Positions 34,409 to 46,967 of a DNA stretch of 64,000 nucleotides are shown here, in pieces. Origin of the DNA: Eledone cirrhosa. Taxonomy: Eukaryota. The stretch spans positions 4,898,001-4,962,000 of the forward strand of contig OZ024749.1 in the NCBI GenBank assembly GCA_964016885.1, read 5' to 3'. Position numbers and translations under genes: made by a program. The stretch's first letter is position 1. The number at the start of each line of letters is the position of its first letter. The notes beneath the pieces are model-generated. The model ran no database searches. It saw only the letters and a list, made by a program, of their open reading frames with translations, and was not told the origin of the DNA.

Positions 34409-35840
34409 AGATCAAAAGATGGTTAAAGGAGTTCCATATATTTTATTATGCGCATTTCAAAAACAAACATCATCAAACAATAATATTTGTGTTTTCATCA
34501 GATAAAACAGGAGAACATGATATGAAGGCTAAAAAACACTTGTTGATAGTGCAGTTTTAAATCAACATATGAAAAGTGGTTTTAGATTGATGTGTGATAT
34601 TGGGAAAAATATTTTATTTAGAGAGGGGGGGAGAAAAGGATGAAAAGGGAAGGAGATGAGAGGGAGAGATGGGTGATAGAGAGAAAGAGATAGTTTTTAT
34701 AACTGAGAGGAGATATATTTTATATAGAGGGGTTGAAAACCGTTGGAAGATACTGTATAAATTAAAAATTTTGAAAATTAACGAAGGGAGGATATGTGCG
34801 AGGAAAAAATATTTTATTTAGGGAGGGGGGGGGGTGGAAAGGATGAAAAAAAGGGGAGGAGATGAGAGTGAAGGTGGAAGGGAGAGATGGGTGATAGAGA
34901 GAAAGAGATAGTTTTATAACTGAGAAAAAGATATAATGTTTTAATATAGCGAGGTTGGGAACCGTTGAAAGATAATGTATAAATTAAAGGAATTTGAAAA
35001 TTAACGAAGGGGAATTATGTATGAAGATAGAGAGAAAAAAATAATAATTGTGGGTGAATATTCTAACGTCAAAAGAAGAAATGTATGTATTGTGGGAATT
35101 TCAAAATTAGCAAAGAGAAAAAAAGTTTATGTGTAGAAGGATTTGAGAAAAATAATGTGAAGTTAAAGTTTGTATATTGAATTCATATGTATTAATAATG
35201 AGTTCGTTGATGGGGAGAAAAAAATAATAATAAATTAAGGATGAAATTGAGATTAAAAAGATTTATGATAGAGAGAAAAAATAATAATGATTGCGGATGA
35301 ATACTCAAAATGTCAAAAACAAATGTTATTGTTTTACGAGAAGATATAATGAGGGTAATGAGTAAACGAGTATTATAGAGTGTATAATGCCCTTTAAAGT
35401 AAGGTAGATGGGTATATTTTAAAGAATATATGAGTATATATTAAAACAAATATTATAATAAATTAAGGATGAAATTGAGATTAAAAAGATTTATGATAGA
35501 GAGAAAAAATAATAATGATTGCGGATGAATATTCAAAATGTCAAAAACAAATGTTATTGTTTTACGAGAAGATAGAATGAGGGTAATGAGTAAACGAGTA
35601 TTATAGAGTGTATAATGCCCTTTAAAGTAAGGTAGATGGGTATATTTTAAAGAGGTGTATGTATATGTGCCTTTGAGAAAAGATTCTAAATTGATAAAGA
35701 ATTGAATATTAACTGTATACTTTGTGAAAAGTTCTATGGAATTTATGCAGGCAGATAGAAAACAAATCTGAGCGTCTATTTATTATGGATTCTAGGTTAG
35801 AGATAATGGTAAATTTTTCATTTAGGCAGAGATTACAGAT
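34403..35840 (-). mobile_element. 3' end of a second Hydra-like PLE: endonuclease C-terminus, 3' UTR with two tandem duplications, family B hammerhead
   Basis: 35837-35709 translates as CNLCLNEKFTIISNLESIINRRSDLFSICLHKFHRTFHKVYS*. Duplications at ~34610-34800/34810-35020 and ~35230-35450/35455-35650. Confidence 0.8.
34441..34507 (-). ncRNA. Type I hammerhead, family B
   Basis: TTTTAT-CTGATGA-[aaacacaaatatt...gtttgttttt]-GAAA-TGCGCA-TA-ATAAAA. Confidence 0.8.
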
Positions 35841-36242
35841 CCGCTATATATATATATATATAGCGGACGTCGAAGGCTTCAAAAACATTACTTTTGTCCG
35901 TTCCCTTGTCGTTTTAACTTGGATTGCCTTTAGAACTTAGTCTTATAGTGTAAGAAATTGTCTGATGAGATCATTTCAGCAGACATCGACCATCGCTCTC
36001 CACCCTCATACAGACACACATGTGCCTTCTGCCTCGATTTGTGGCAACTAGATAATATTAGTAATTGGACAGACCAATGGAAACATTCTTTCCTCGGTCC
36101 GATTTGAGAAGCTCCACCTCCTTCGTTAAGAGAATGAAGTTTTGGATCTTCAGGATGTGTGTGTGAGTATATGTATGTGTATGTCTGCATGTGTATGTGT
36201 GTGCATGTATAAATATATATATATTTGTGTGTGTATGTATAC

Positions 36243-36311
<69 letters not shown>

Positions 36312-36610
36312 TGTGTGTGTGTGTGTATGTATATACGTATGTGTATATATATATATATAAATGTGTGTGTGTGTATGTATATACGTATGTATATATATAT
36401 ATATATATGTGTATGTGTATGTATGTATATATTTGTATATATATATATGTGTGTATATGTATACATATGTATATATATATATGTGTGTGTGTGTATGTAT
36501 ACATATGTATATGTGTGTGTGTGTGTATGTATAGATATGTAAATATATATATGCGTGGGTGTGTGTATGTATACATATGTAAATATATATATGCGTGTGT
36601 GTGTGTATGT

Positions 36611-36668
<58 letters not shown>

Positions 36669-36684
36669 ATGTGTCTGTGCCATA

Positions 36685-36797
36685 TTGGTTAACTTTGCCA
36701 TTCATCCTTACGGGGTCGATAAAATAAAGTACCAGTAATGCACTGGGATATTGCTGGCCTTGTGCCAAAAGTAGAAACAATTATTATTATTATTATT
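36685..36797 (+). mobile_element. 5'-truncated SINE S1 with (ATT)n tail
   Basis: GGTTAACTTTGCC...GGGGTCGATAAAATAAAGTACCAGT...GTAGAAACAATTATTATT. Confidence 0.85.
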
Positions 36798-36893
36798 GTA
36801 CTCTACTTAGTACAACACCTAAGTACATACTCAAGACTAGGTTTCGAATGCTCAGTTGGGTGATCCTAGAGTAACTTGACGTTACAATCCCTA

Positions 36894-36925
<32 letters not shown>

Positions 36926-36928
<3 letters not shown>

Positions 36929-37110
36929 AATAGAGTCAGGACCCCGACGGCTGAGCTCCGGCCGTTTCGACAGCTAGATCTAGCTGTCGAAACAGCCGGA
37001 GCTCAGCCGTCGGGGTCCTGACGCTTTTCCTATTAACCACTCTACAACACTAAGTATTGAGTACTCTGGTGCGTTATGGTCCACTTGCTTCCTTACCACA
37101 CTTTCTTCGT
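36926..37110. mobile_element. Family C fold-back (palindrome centred at 36978/36979)
   Basis: GACCCCGACGGCTGAGCTCCGGCCGTTTCGACAGCTAGA|TCTAGCTGTCGAAACAGCCGGAGCTCAGCCGTCGGGGTC. Confidence 0.88.
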
Positions 37111-37116
37111 TATATT

Positions 37117-37169
<53 letters not shown>

Positions 37170-37210
37170 TATATTAAACAAATGGAAACTATATTTATAA
37201 AACCATATTT

Positions 37211-37274
37211 ATTTCATTATACATATTTCAGGGATACCATATTAAAAATATGGCATGCCTTCTTCAGATAAAAT
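37211..37274 (-). ncRNA. Type I hammerhead, family A
   Basis: Reverse complement of 37934-37997. Confidence 0.82.
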
Positions 37275-37933
37275 ACAATATATAAGCAGTTTTATAAATA
37301 AATTTGACGTACCATAAAATATTGATCAACTTCCATTTTAAAAAGTTGGTTTGGTAGTGAAATGTTTGTAAATATTTAGTGTTAAGCACAGTTAGAAAGA
37401 AAGACGTAGAGAAGGAATAAATGTATGTAGAGAAAAAGAGAGAGATAGAGAGAGATACGGGAGAGAGAAATAGTGAGGAGGTGAAAAATGAGAGGCAGCT
37501 GAGGTAACAGATGAATAATAATAATCATCATACAAATTGAGGAGTACCGTAATTATTTATTTATTTATTTATTTAGTTATAGTGTTAAGGAGACGGAGAA
37601 AAATAAAAATAAAAAATAACTAAAGAGAAAATAGCGATACTTAGATTACATCATGTATAGGGGGAGGAGAAGAAAGCTATATCTAGAGAGAAGGATGACA
37701 GATTTACAACTTTACGTTATGTCCTGCCATTTTGAATTATCAATTCATATGAATTGGGTATTATACTGTAAATATCAATATTCATGAATGAGACATAGAT
37801 ATATAATGTGTGAAAAATAATGACCATATGTTTAGTTTAAAAATTCTTAGGTCTATATACCTATATATTAAATGGAAGTTGATCAATATTTCATGGTACG
37901 TCAAATTTATTTATAAAACTGCTTATATATTGT

Positions 37934-37997
37934 ATTTTATCTGAAGAAGGCATGCCATATTTTTAATATGGTATCCCTGAAATATGTATAATGAAAT
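37934..37997 (+). ncRNA. Type I hammerhead, family A
   Basis: ATTTTAT-CTGAAGA-AGGcATGCCATATT ttt AATATGGTATcCCT-GAAA-TATGTA-TA-ATGAAAT. Confidence 0.85.
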
Positions 37998-38126
37998 AAA
38001 TATGGTTTTATAAATATAGTTTCCATTTGTTTAATATCGTATATCTACTCCAAAACTTGTTGAGTGCTTTATATCAGTTATAAAATTATTTACTCGTTGT
38101 AACCCAACAATTTTAAATAAAACTTT

Positions 38127-38162
<36 letters not shown>

Positions 38163-38691
38163 GAGAGAGAGAGAGATAGAGATACAATAGCGATACAATC
38201 AAAGCTAACACGCCACCTATAACGACCAGAATTTCTTTAATATCAACATTATCTTGCAATTCTTATTCGGACTTGAAATATGGAAAGTGATAATTTCTTG
38301 TCGTTTATTTTTTCTTTTTCATTAATTCATTAGCATCCAATTAATATTCTCCCTCTGTAATTTCCCATTATTTTCCCTCTGCCTGAATGTTTTCGACTCT
38401 TGTTATTAAATTTGAAGGCATATGCACCGAGTGATTGCCATGGTGAACATACAGACCATAGTAATATTTTATATCACAAGATACAATTAACGATTTGTAT
38501 TCTTCAGGGAGAGTTACTAATTTTTTAAAGCGGAAATTAATACGATGATAGACACACTAACACGCAAACTTAATCACATACACATACCCGCTTATTAGGA
38601 CACAAATACGTACGTAAATACGAGTACACTCACATAGACTAACATAAATACAAGCATAAAGACATACATACATTCGCACACACTTAAGTGC

Positions 38692-38739
<48 letters not shown>

Positions 38740-39142
38740 TTGTGTGTGCAATGTGAGGCACGAGACATTTCAGTCAGATAGGCCAGTCAGTTTCCTGACA
38801 TGGTTTTAAAGAGGCTGTTTGTATAATTGCAAACGAATCGAATATTATTATTGATATTCGAAAAACTCAGATTACATGTATTGTATTCCGCCATGTAGAG
38901 CGATAAAATATGTGTTAGTTAATTCAATATGGCAAAGCCGCCATTAATCGCTCGTATACAGGATACTGACTGTTCTATCTGCTGCTATGCAGGTCCAGCT
39001 TATTTAGTGGGTCTGCTAATATGCCAATCTGACTGATCATGCAGTCTGCTAATCTGCAAATCAAGCCGATCAGTTACTGTATATTTTAGAAAATATATAT
39101 TTTCACTAGCTCTGACAGTTGGCTGGTTAAGAGTATACGGTA

Positions 39143-39180
39143 CTGATGAAGGGTAATCACACAGAAACATTAATTATGTA
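39143..39180 (+). ncRNA. Degenerate hammerhead-like core between ~65-bp direct repeats (38809-38876 and 39243-39306)
   Basis: CTGATGA-agggtaatcacaca-GAAA-CAT taatt ATG-TA; stems I and II are poor. Confidence 0.4.
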
Positions 39181-39435
39181 GTTATGTTTACCTGCCAACA
39201 CAAGAGCAAGAATATCGGCGTCTTTCTACTAACATGGCTTTAAAGAGTCTGTTTGCATAATTGGAAACAAATCGAATATTTTTAATATTCGAAAAACTCA
39301 GATTACTCATATATATATATATATATATGTGTGTGTATATATATGTATATATATATATATATATACATATATACTCTTTTACTCCTTTTTTTACCTGTTC
39401 CAACCATCCGGCTGAGGCCATGCTGGGGCACCGTA

Positions 39436-39497
<62 letters not shown>

Positions 39498-39854
39498 ATT
39501 ATATATATATATATATACACAATTATATATATATATATATATATATACACATAATTATATATATATATATATATATATACACATAATTATATATATATAT
39601 ATACACATAATTATATATATATATATATATACACACCCCACACCCTTCCACCACCTGTTTACCCCCCTTTTAATTTCAGTTTATTTTGATCATGCCTTTA
39701 TTTTTAAATTTTCTCATTCCTTGTATTTTGATCATGCTTTATTTATATTTTTTTATATTTATTTGTTAATTTTTCATTCGCACCGTTTCCTTTCGCTATA
39801 TGTCTCTCCACCACTCCCCTACACCCCTTTTGAACTCTGTTCCCACACACTTCT

Positions 39855-39888
39855 CACCTGAAGAAGGGCTTATGCCCGAAACGTCGTC
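39855..39888 (+). ncRNA. Minimal PLE-type hammerhead variant
   Basis: cAC-CTGAAGA-A-GGGC ttat GCCC-GAAA-CG-TC-GT within a pyrimidine-rich pLTR-like island (~39640-39980) in (TA)n. Confidence 0.65.
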
Positions 39889-40444
39889 CCCCACCTACCC
39901 CTCACTCTCCTGAGCGTGAAATTAATAAACATTTATTGTACTGCCTCTCTGTTTTGTCCCTGTTCAAATTTTTCCATTATATACACATAATTATATATAT
40001 ATATATATACACACATAATGATATATATATATATATATAAACACATAATTATATATATATATACACACATAATTATATATATATATATATACATAATTAC
40101 ATATAAATATATATATATATATACACATACTTACATATAAATATATACTATAGAGTAAAGCATGTCTAGAGAATTATTTGATAAGGTATATGCATCATCT
40201 CTACTCCCAATCAGCATAATTAATCACACAAAAAATCAATTACACCAGGCTATATGAATAAAAGGCACCTATGAAGAAACAGTAAATAAATACGCCACAG
40301 AAGCGTCTGCGCGTTCATCCGCTATAGAATATTTACCCAACATTTGAACATTACGTGGAAATTAATTAAATATACGGTCAACCATACATAATTAGGTGAA
40401 ATTAAAGTTAGAAATGTTTATATACATACCCGGATTAAATCACT

Positions 40445-40478
40445 AAATCCCTACCCATGGGTTTCGCTCACTTTTGAG
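40445..40478 (-). ncRNA. 3' half of a hammerhead (family F), 5'-truncated
   Basis: CTC aaaagt GAGc-GAAA-CCCATGGG-TA-GGGATTT; the CUGANGA half is missing. Confidence 0.5.
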
Positions 40479-40558
40479 ATACCTTATATAAATATATATG
40501 TACATTTAACACTTCACTTCTCGCAAGTGTCTTTTAAGCTTCATATCATGTCTCCCTC

Positions 40559-40625
40559 TTTTATCTGATGAGAACGCAAATATCATCCCATGATGATATT
40601 TGTTTTTGAAATGCGCATAATAAAA
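40559..40625 (+). ncRNA. Type I hammerhead, family B
   Basis: TTTTAT-CTGATGA-gaacGCAAATATCATC ccat GATGATATTTGT tttt-GAAA-TGCGCA-TA-ATAAAA. Confidence 0.87.
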
Positions 40626-40692
40626 TACATGGAACTCTTTTAACCATCTTTTAATCTTATATTATATATATATATATATATTCACACACGCA

Positions 40693-40756
<64 letters not shown>

Positions 40757-40829
40757 CACACGCATAATTACATATAAATATATATATATACACACACACA
40801 CATAATTACATATAAATATATATATATAT

Positions 40830-41190
40830 GTAAAGGTTCTATTTAAATTGTTGGGATACAACAAGCAAATATTTTTATAACTGATATAAAGCACTCAACA
40901 AATATTTGGAGTAAAAATACGATATTAACAAATGGAAACTATATTTATAAAACCATATTTATTTCATTATACATATTTCAAGGACACCAAGTTAAATTAT
41001 GGTAAGCTTACATCAGATAAAATATAATATAGATCAGTTTTATAAATAAATATTGACATACCCTTAAAAAATGCAACCATATTATATTTTATATCATGAA
41101 ATCACACCATAAATTAACTTGGTGTCCTTGAAATGTGTATAATGAAATAAATATGGTTTTATAAATATAGTTTCCATTTGTTAATATCTT
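40830..41190. mobile_element. Family A head-to-head pair with decayed hammerheads (40961-41023 minus; ~41084-41147 plus)
   Basis: GATATTAACAAATGGAAACTATATTTATAAAACCATATTTATTTCATTATAC and its reverse complement; cores CTGATGT and ATCATGA. Confidence 0.8.
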
Positions 41191-41394
41191 ATATATATAT
41201 ATATATTTATATATATACACACATAATTACATATAAATATATATATATATTTATATATATTTATATGTAATTATGTGCGTGTGTATATATATATATATAT
41301 ATATATGTAGGAGGTGAGTTTTATTGTAGTACAATAAAGCAATGCAGATATCGGATAAGAAGCACTCTACAGTTTGTAGGACTGGAGTATACAT

Positions 41395-41803
41395 AATATA
41401 TAAGAACAAAAGATGGTTAAAAGAGTTCCATGTATTTTATTATGCGCATTTCAAAAACAAATCTCATCATGCAATAATATTTGTGTTTTCATCAGATAAA
41501 ACAGGAAGACATGATATGAAGGTTAAAAAACACTTGTGGATAGTTCAGTTTTAAATCAACATATGAGAAGTAGTTTTAGATTGATGATATTCCCAATATC
41601 ACACATCAATCTAAAACTACTTCTCATATATTGATTTAAAACTGCACTATCCACAAGTGTTTTTTAACCTTCATATCATGTCTTCCTGTTTTATCTGATG
41701 AAAACACAAATATTATTGCATGATGATATTTGTTTTTGAAATTTTGAAATGCGCATAATAAAATACATGGAACTCTTTTAACCATCTTTTGTTCTTATAT
41801 ATT
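41395..41803. mobile_element. Family B fold-back: ~200-bp arms, almost no spacer (centre ~41592), hammerheads at 41435-41501 (-) and 41689-41763 (+)
   Basis: Arms are near-perfect reverse complements; the right arm has an 8-nt TTTTGAAA duplication. Confidence 0.9.
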
Positions 41804-42005
41804 ATGTATATATATATATATATATATAATTCGATTGTCTTGTGCTGTAACGTAAATACACGGACAATAACGTGTACAAGGCTTTAAAATCAAACGTAAA
41901 TCTGTTTCCAACTTCAGAGACAATGGCAGAGTTTTGTCAGTAACATTATTGTTTATTCTCAAAATTATTTGAAAATCCTCTGTAGTCAATTTCGTTACTA
42001 ATAAA

Positions 42006-42225
42006 GGGTGGCGAGCTGGCAGCATCGGTAGAGCGTCGTACTCATGCTTTACGGTATACAGTTTCGTCCCTTTACTATCTGAGTTGAAATCCAGCCGAAG
42101 TTAGCTTTGCCTTTCATCCTTACTTGGTCGAGAAAATACACTACCAGTAATGCACTGGGGTCGATTTCATCGACATTCTCCTCCCCCAAATTTGTTGACC
42201 TCGTGTCTAAATCAGAAACCAACAT
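42006..42225 (+). mobile_element. SINE S1
   Basis: GGTGGCGAGCTGGCAGCATCGG...CTGAGTTGAAATCC...TTTGCCTTTCATCC. Confidence 0.85.
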
Positions 42226-42636
42226 AATAACGGACAAGTCCTTGCAATGCTCATGCAGGAACATGCTGATATTTCGTGTAGGATCCTCGGTTGACCGAAA
42301 ACAAGAAACTGATATCGTAGGTGTCCGGTGGCGGTCCATGCCTTGTATTTTATTTCCAGTTGATCCATATAATAATTATAACGAAGGACAAGAAGTCAAA
42401 CGGAATAATTTGAGGTGGGAGATTGGTTCATGCCACTTAAATCTCCTAAATGTTGAGTGTTCAGTTTGATTGCTAATATGTTGAGGTCTTCACACTAACG
42501 TAGACCCTCTACACCTCTAGACGCATGTCTCACAACATACCTACCTAAGTATTCTCATGTACACATATATTTTACCCGTATACACAGAAACTCGCAGTTA
42601 CGTCCGTTTATACATGCATATATTAATTCACACACA

Positions 42637-42721
<85 letters not shown>

Positions 42722-42739
42722 GTGTGTATATATATCCAT

Positions 42740-43017
42740 TACCCTCTGCGTTGATAGACTTTACTGTGTCTGCTACAAATTTTGACTAATCCTCTTGACA
42801 ACTACAATCTTCCCATATAAGGAAGTATCCCTTGAAAATGTCGGCTATTTATTTACCAGACTAAAAAAAACTCTTACTTTAGTCCAGAAATATCCGTCGA
42901 AACGGATTGAGCTCTGCCGTCGGGGTCATACTTTCTCCTATTACCCACTCTACTACCCTAAGTATTGAGTACTCTGGTGCGTTATGGTCCATCTGATTCC
43001 TTACCATTCCTTCGTTA
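42740..43017 (+). mobile_element. Family C pLTR-type element with hammerhead at 42827-42926 (core UUGAAAA)
   Basis: ATCCC-TTGAAAA-tgTCGGCTATTT...GAAATATCCGTC-GAAA-CGGATTGAGCTCTGCCG-TC-GGGGT; upstream flank matches the reverse complement of 12490-12535. Confidence 0.75.
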
Positions 43018-43024
43018 TATATAT

Positions 43025-43074
<50 letters not shown>

Positions 43075-43757
43075 ACTTCTGTGTTTGACTCCATACATAC
43101 AAACAATTATATATATTAAAAATACGTAAATGTGAAAAGATTACAGATATGGAAATATCTCAAGAATTATAAATATGCAAATATGCAAGAATTATTAAAA
43201 AATGCAAAAATGGAAACATCCAAAAATACACAATTGCAAATCTGTGCAATTTTATTTTACCCAAAATTTCGGAGGCGTTGATACAGATTATTACTGTAAA
43301 ATACAGAATAATTCCCAATTATTCAGATATAGAAATGAAAACTTGTACACGTGTGCTGCCTGTACAAAATGTCAAATGAAAAAATAATGTATAAAATTGA
43401 ATCTAACCCAAGGCTCTGAGATTTTTTTCTGCCACGAGATCAGTAGGAAACGAAAGTATTGAAATATCTTATTCTCATATCAGTCTACCTGAATCTTACC
43501 ATTGCCTTTATTATTTCTATACTCATACCATCTAGCAGTCATCATACCAATGCAAGCAAACAATGTCTCCATTGGTGTTTCGTTTTCTGATACTATCACA
43601 ATGTTGAAATTTCAAGACGAAGGACGCACCTTTTATGCTCAGACCCTATACCGCTGAATATGCAGTCAAGCAACCACTCTTATTCACTACCAATGTCGCC
43701 AATCCAGAGGTCAATGATGATTTTCATGCCGCTCCCTAAATTGTTATTTACATATAA

Positions 43758-43970
43758 GAGTGGTAGATTGGTAGTGTTAATGGAGCATCAGACAACATGC
43801 TTAGCGTCATATAGTTACGGCTCTTTACGGTCTGAGTTCAAATCGAGGTTAACTTTGGCTTTCATCCTTAAGGAGTCGATAAAATAACCTCCCAGTCACG
43901 GGCTCTGGTCAGTTTAATCGACTCTCCTACTCCAACAAAATTTTAGGCCTTGTTTTTAAATTATAAATCA
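43758..43970 (+). mobile_element. Degenerate SINE S1; an opposite-strand copy lies at ~44270-44395
   Basis: CTGAGTTCAAATCGAGGTTAACTTTGGCTTTCATCC...GTCGATAAAATAA. Confidence 0.75.
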
Positions 43971-45594
43971 TTCTTTACACATGTATTTCAACTGAATTGG
44001 TTTTAAATGAGGATCGAAATCCATCTTTGCGCTAAAACCCATCAGCAGTTTACATATTCTTGCAATATGTCCATACCTACGGGGCTCTGAACTATTGATG
44101 AAGCCGTAGCATCGCTGTCCATGTATGTATGGCGTATCTTCGGCATTTAAACCTGACGGAATCCATCTATTCCCAGTGCTCAACCTAACCGATTTCTTCC
44201 AAATAGTGACAGAATGAGATAGAAGACTCGAGAACTGAAGAATCAATTGCAGTTCTGCACAGATTTTTTTATCTATAGACCTCGAAAAGCTGAGAGTCAA
44301 AGTCGATTCAGGCAAGATTCGAACCCAAAATATAAAGAGCCTGCATGAATACCACAATGTATTCTATCCGACGTTCTAACGGCTCTGCCACTTTACAGAT
44401 TGCTTGTGCCTAGAGCGCTCAACTAAAAAACAATGAATCTAGCATTATCGTTATTTGTATTTTAGTTTTGTTTCTAGTGGTTTAACATTCGTACGGTTAT
44501 GTCAACTTGTTTCTGAAGTAATCTTTTGTTTCAAGATTAAATATTCAGAAAACATATTATTCCATATTGTCTTTTTATTTCCTTATTTCATAATATTTTG
44601 TGTTTTGGGGGATTTATGAAATTTAAAATTTCCTGATCTCGTCATTAACAATAAAAAAAAAAAAGGAACCAAACCAAAATGATGACATTTAATCTTTAAT
44701 AATAGTTTTAGTTTAGTTTTATCTTGAAATTCGTTTAAGCAATTTCAGTATTACGAGTTGCGAATTATATGTAAAAAAAAAAAAAAAAATTATTGAGATG
44801 ACGCTAAGCGCAAAGCTGTTCGGTGATAGCAGCAAAATCTTTCATAAAGAAATCATTTCTTCTGTGAATCGTCATGACAGATTTCAATTTGAATTTTTGG
44901 CACAGCATTTCGATGATGCTTCAGTGCAATTAACACACTTGTAACTCTCTTGCAACAATAGATTTCATTCTGAATATATGAATTCGCCTCTAATTCCCTC
45001 AGATTAACTCTTCTAATTACAGTTCACTGTTTCCCTGTGTGGAGCTGAGATATATTCTTGAACAAGTTAACTAACTATTCTGAATAGAATTATTTTATTA
45101 GCGTGGAATATGTAGTTTGAGAGAAATTCGTTATTTATTATAGTTTAGCAGTGGGGGCTGTTTGCAACCTAGAAATGTCCTCTATATATTCTTTCATTCT
45201 TAAAGTAGGGACATGAGCTGCTGGTTCTAGCATGACTAGGCAACCATCATTTGTCTGGCTGCTTTGAGCAGAGGTCTATTGGTTGCGATGTTCAAAATAT
45301 TCGTTTAGTGGACAAATCCGCACATTAAATTAATGGAAAATGGCTGAGCATTCCACTGAGAGATGGGTCTCTTAATATAATTCTCAGAAATATGTCTGCA
45401 TTGCGCAGTCTATTCGATGGGCTTTCAAACAATTTCCTTCTACCCAATTTCTGTCGCCAGACATGTGTGGACTAAAGGCCACTGCAAATCTCACCAAAGA
45501 TGACACGCGATGAGATCAAAGCCAGCAGCTAATGATTGCTAACCTAACTTGCTTAACCGTTCGTCCCTGCTGCGTCCTCTTGTTTCACTGACAC

Positions 45595-46320
45595 TGGCTT
45601 TGCGGATGACTTTGCGCTTTTTGAGATTGCCTAGAAAAAGCGCTACAAATCTCCAGGGGGCTACCACGCGTGTTGGCCTACTTCTCGGCGGGTGTAAAAT
45701 AGAGCACATATCAAACTGTAGAGGCAACAACAACAAAATTATCAACGGCAATGATATCACGCAAGTCGAAGATGTTAAGTATCTAGACTCCTGGATCATG
45801 GACTCCGGGAAGGATTTTGCCATTAGAAAGACCCAAACCTGGTCAGCTTGCAACAAAATGGATCGAGTTTGGCACTCAAATATTTCCAACCACACAAAAA
45901 TCGGATTCTTCCAAGTAACAATTCAACGAATCTTGCTCTATGGAAGTGACATATGGACGCTTTGATCTAAACAACAAAAGCACCTTGATGACACCTACAA
46001 TCGCCTACGTCGACGCATTCAGAACAAAAGCTGGCGACATTTGACTTTGAAAGACATATATGCCGGGCTCCTACGCGTATCTGTCGTACGTAAAAGGGGA
46101 GTAAGAAGTGCTGCCTCAAAGAGTGCGTCACCACTAGTTCTTTGGAAACCACAAGCAGTCACTAATAATAGGGGGTACACGCTCTCCTATCCCGATGTCA
46201 TCTTCAGAGATTCGAGATTCTGGTATTGAAATCAAGGATTTGGCAACGGTAATGAACGATTGTCCCACATGGAGAGCAATTGTTGAGTTAATTTCGGCTG
46301 AAGTCGCCGGATGATGATGT
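45595..46320 (+). mobile_element. 5'-truncated, decayed RTE-like LINE with (GAT)n tail
   Basis: VGLLL...TQVEDVKYLDSWIMDSGKDFAIRKTQTWSACNKMDRVWHSNIS...ILLYGSDIWTL; ends CCGGATGATGATG. Confidence 0.85.
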
Positions 46321-46537
46321 CTTGCTTAGCTGTAATTATACGCCAAATGTCCTCGACTTTATATCTGTAGGCTATGAGTGATAAATATAATTAACTGATA
46401 ATTACTGACTTGGTATTGTCAGTTCAAATTACGTTACACTTGTTACACACTTAGCAGTTAGTTCTCTCATATGTTCATATACATTATAATGCATTGCATT
46501 TCAGTTAATACTCATAAACCCAAAGTATTATTATACC

Positions 46538-46912
46538 CTGGATTGGCAGTATCGGTAGAGGGTCGGACGCCATGCTTTGACGCATAGAGTTATGGCCCTT
46601 GCCATCCTGAGTTCAAATGCCACCGAGGTTAACTTTGCCTTTCATCGTTACGGGGTCGATAAAATAAAGTACCAGTAATGCACTGAGTAATTGCTAGTCT
46701 TGTGCCAATAGTAGAAACAATTATTATACTCATTGGCTGTATCGGTAGAGGGTCGCACATGTTTTCCAGCGTAGTTACGTCCCTTTACGATCTGAGTTCA
46801 AATCCCGCCGAGGTTAACTTCGCCTTTCATGTTGACGGGGTCCATCAAATAAAATTCGAGTAATGTACTGCGTGTTTGCTGGCCTTGTGCCAACATTAGA
46901 AACAATTATTAT
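46538..46912 (+). mobile_element. Two tandem SINE S1 copies (46538-46727 and 46732-46912)
   Basis: Each has ATTGGC.GTATCGGTAGAGGGTCG, GAGTTCAAAT and AGAAACAATTATTATACTC. Confidence 0.9.
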
Positions 46913-46967
46913 ACTCGCATATACTGTACATTCCATAGTGTCACACATATATTAATATCCTTCATCT

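Larger units (their letters stand above)
37171..38130. mobile_element. Family A head-to-head pLTR pair (~170-bp near-identical arms 37171-37338 and 37870-38037) in (TA)n
   Basis: Arms are reverse complements and each carries a hammerhead. Confidence 0.88.

Noticed and set aside
35960-35990. CTGATGAGATC as a hammerhead core
   Set aside because: No stem II followed by GAAA, and no stem I partner
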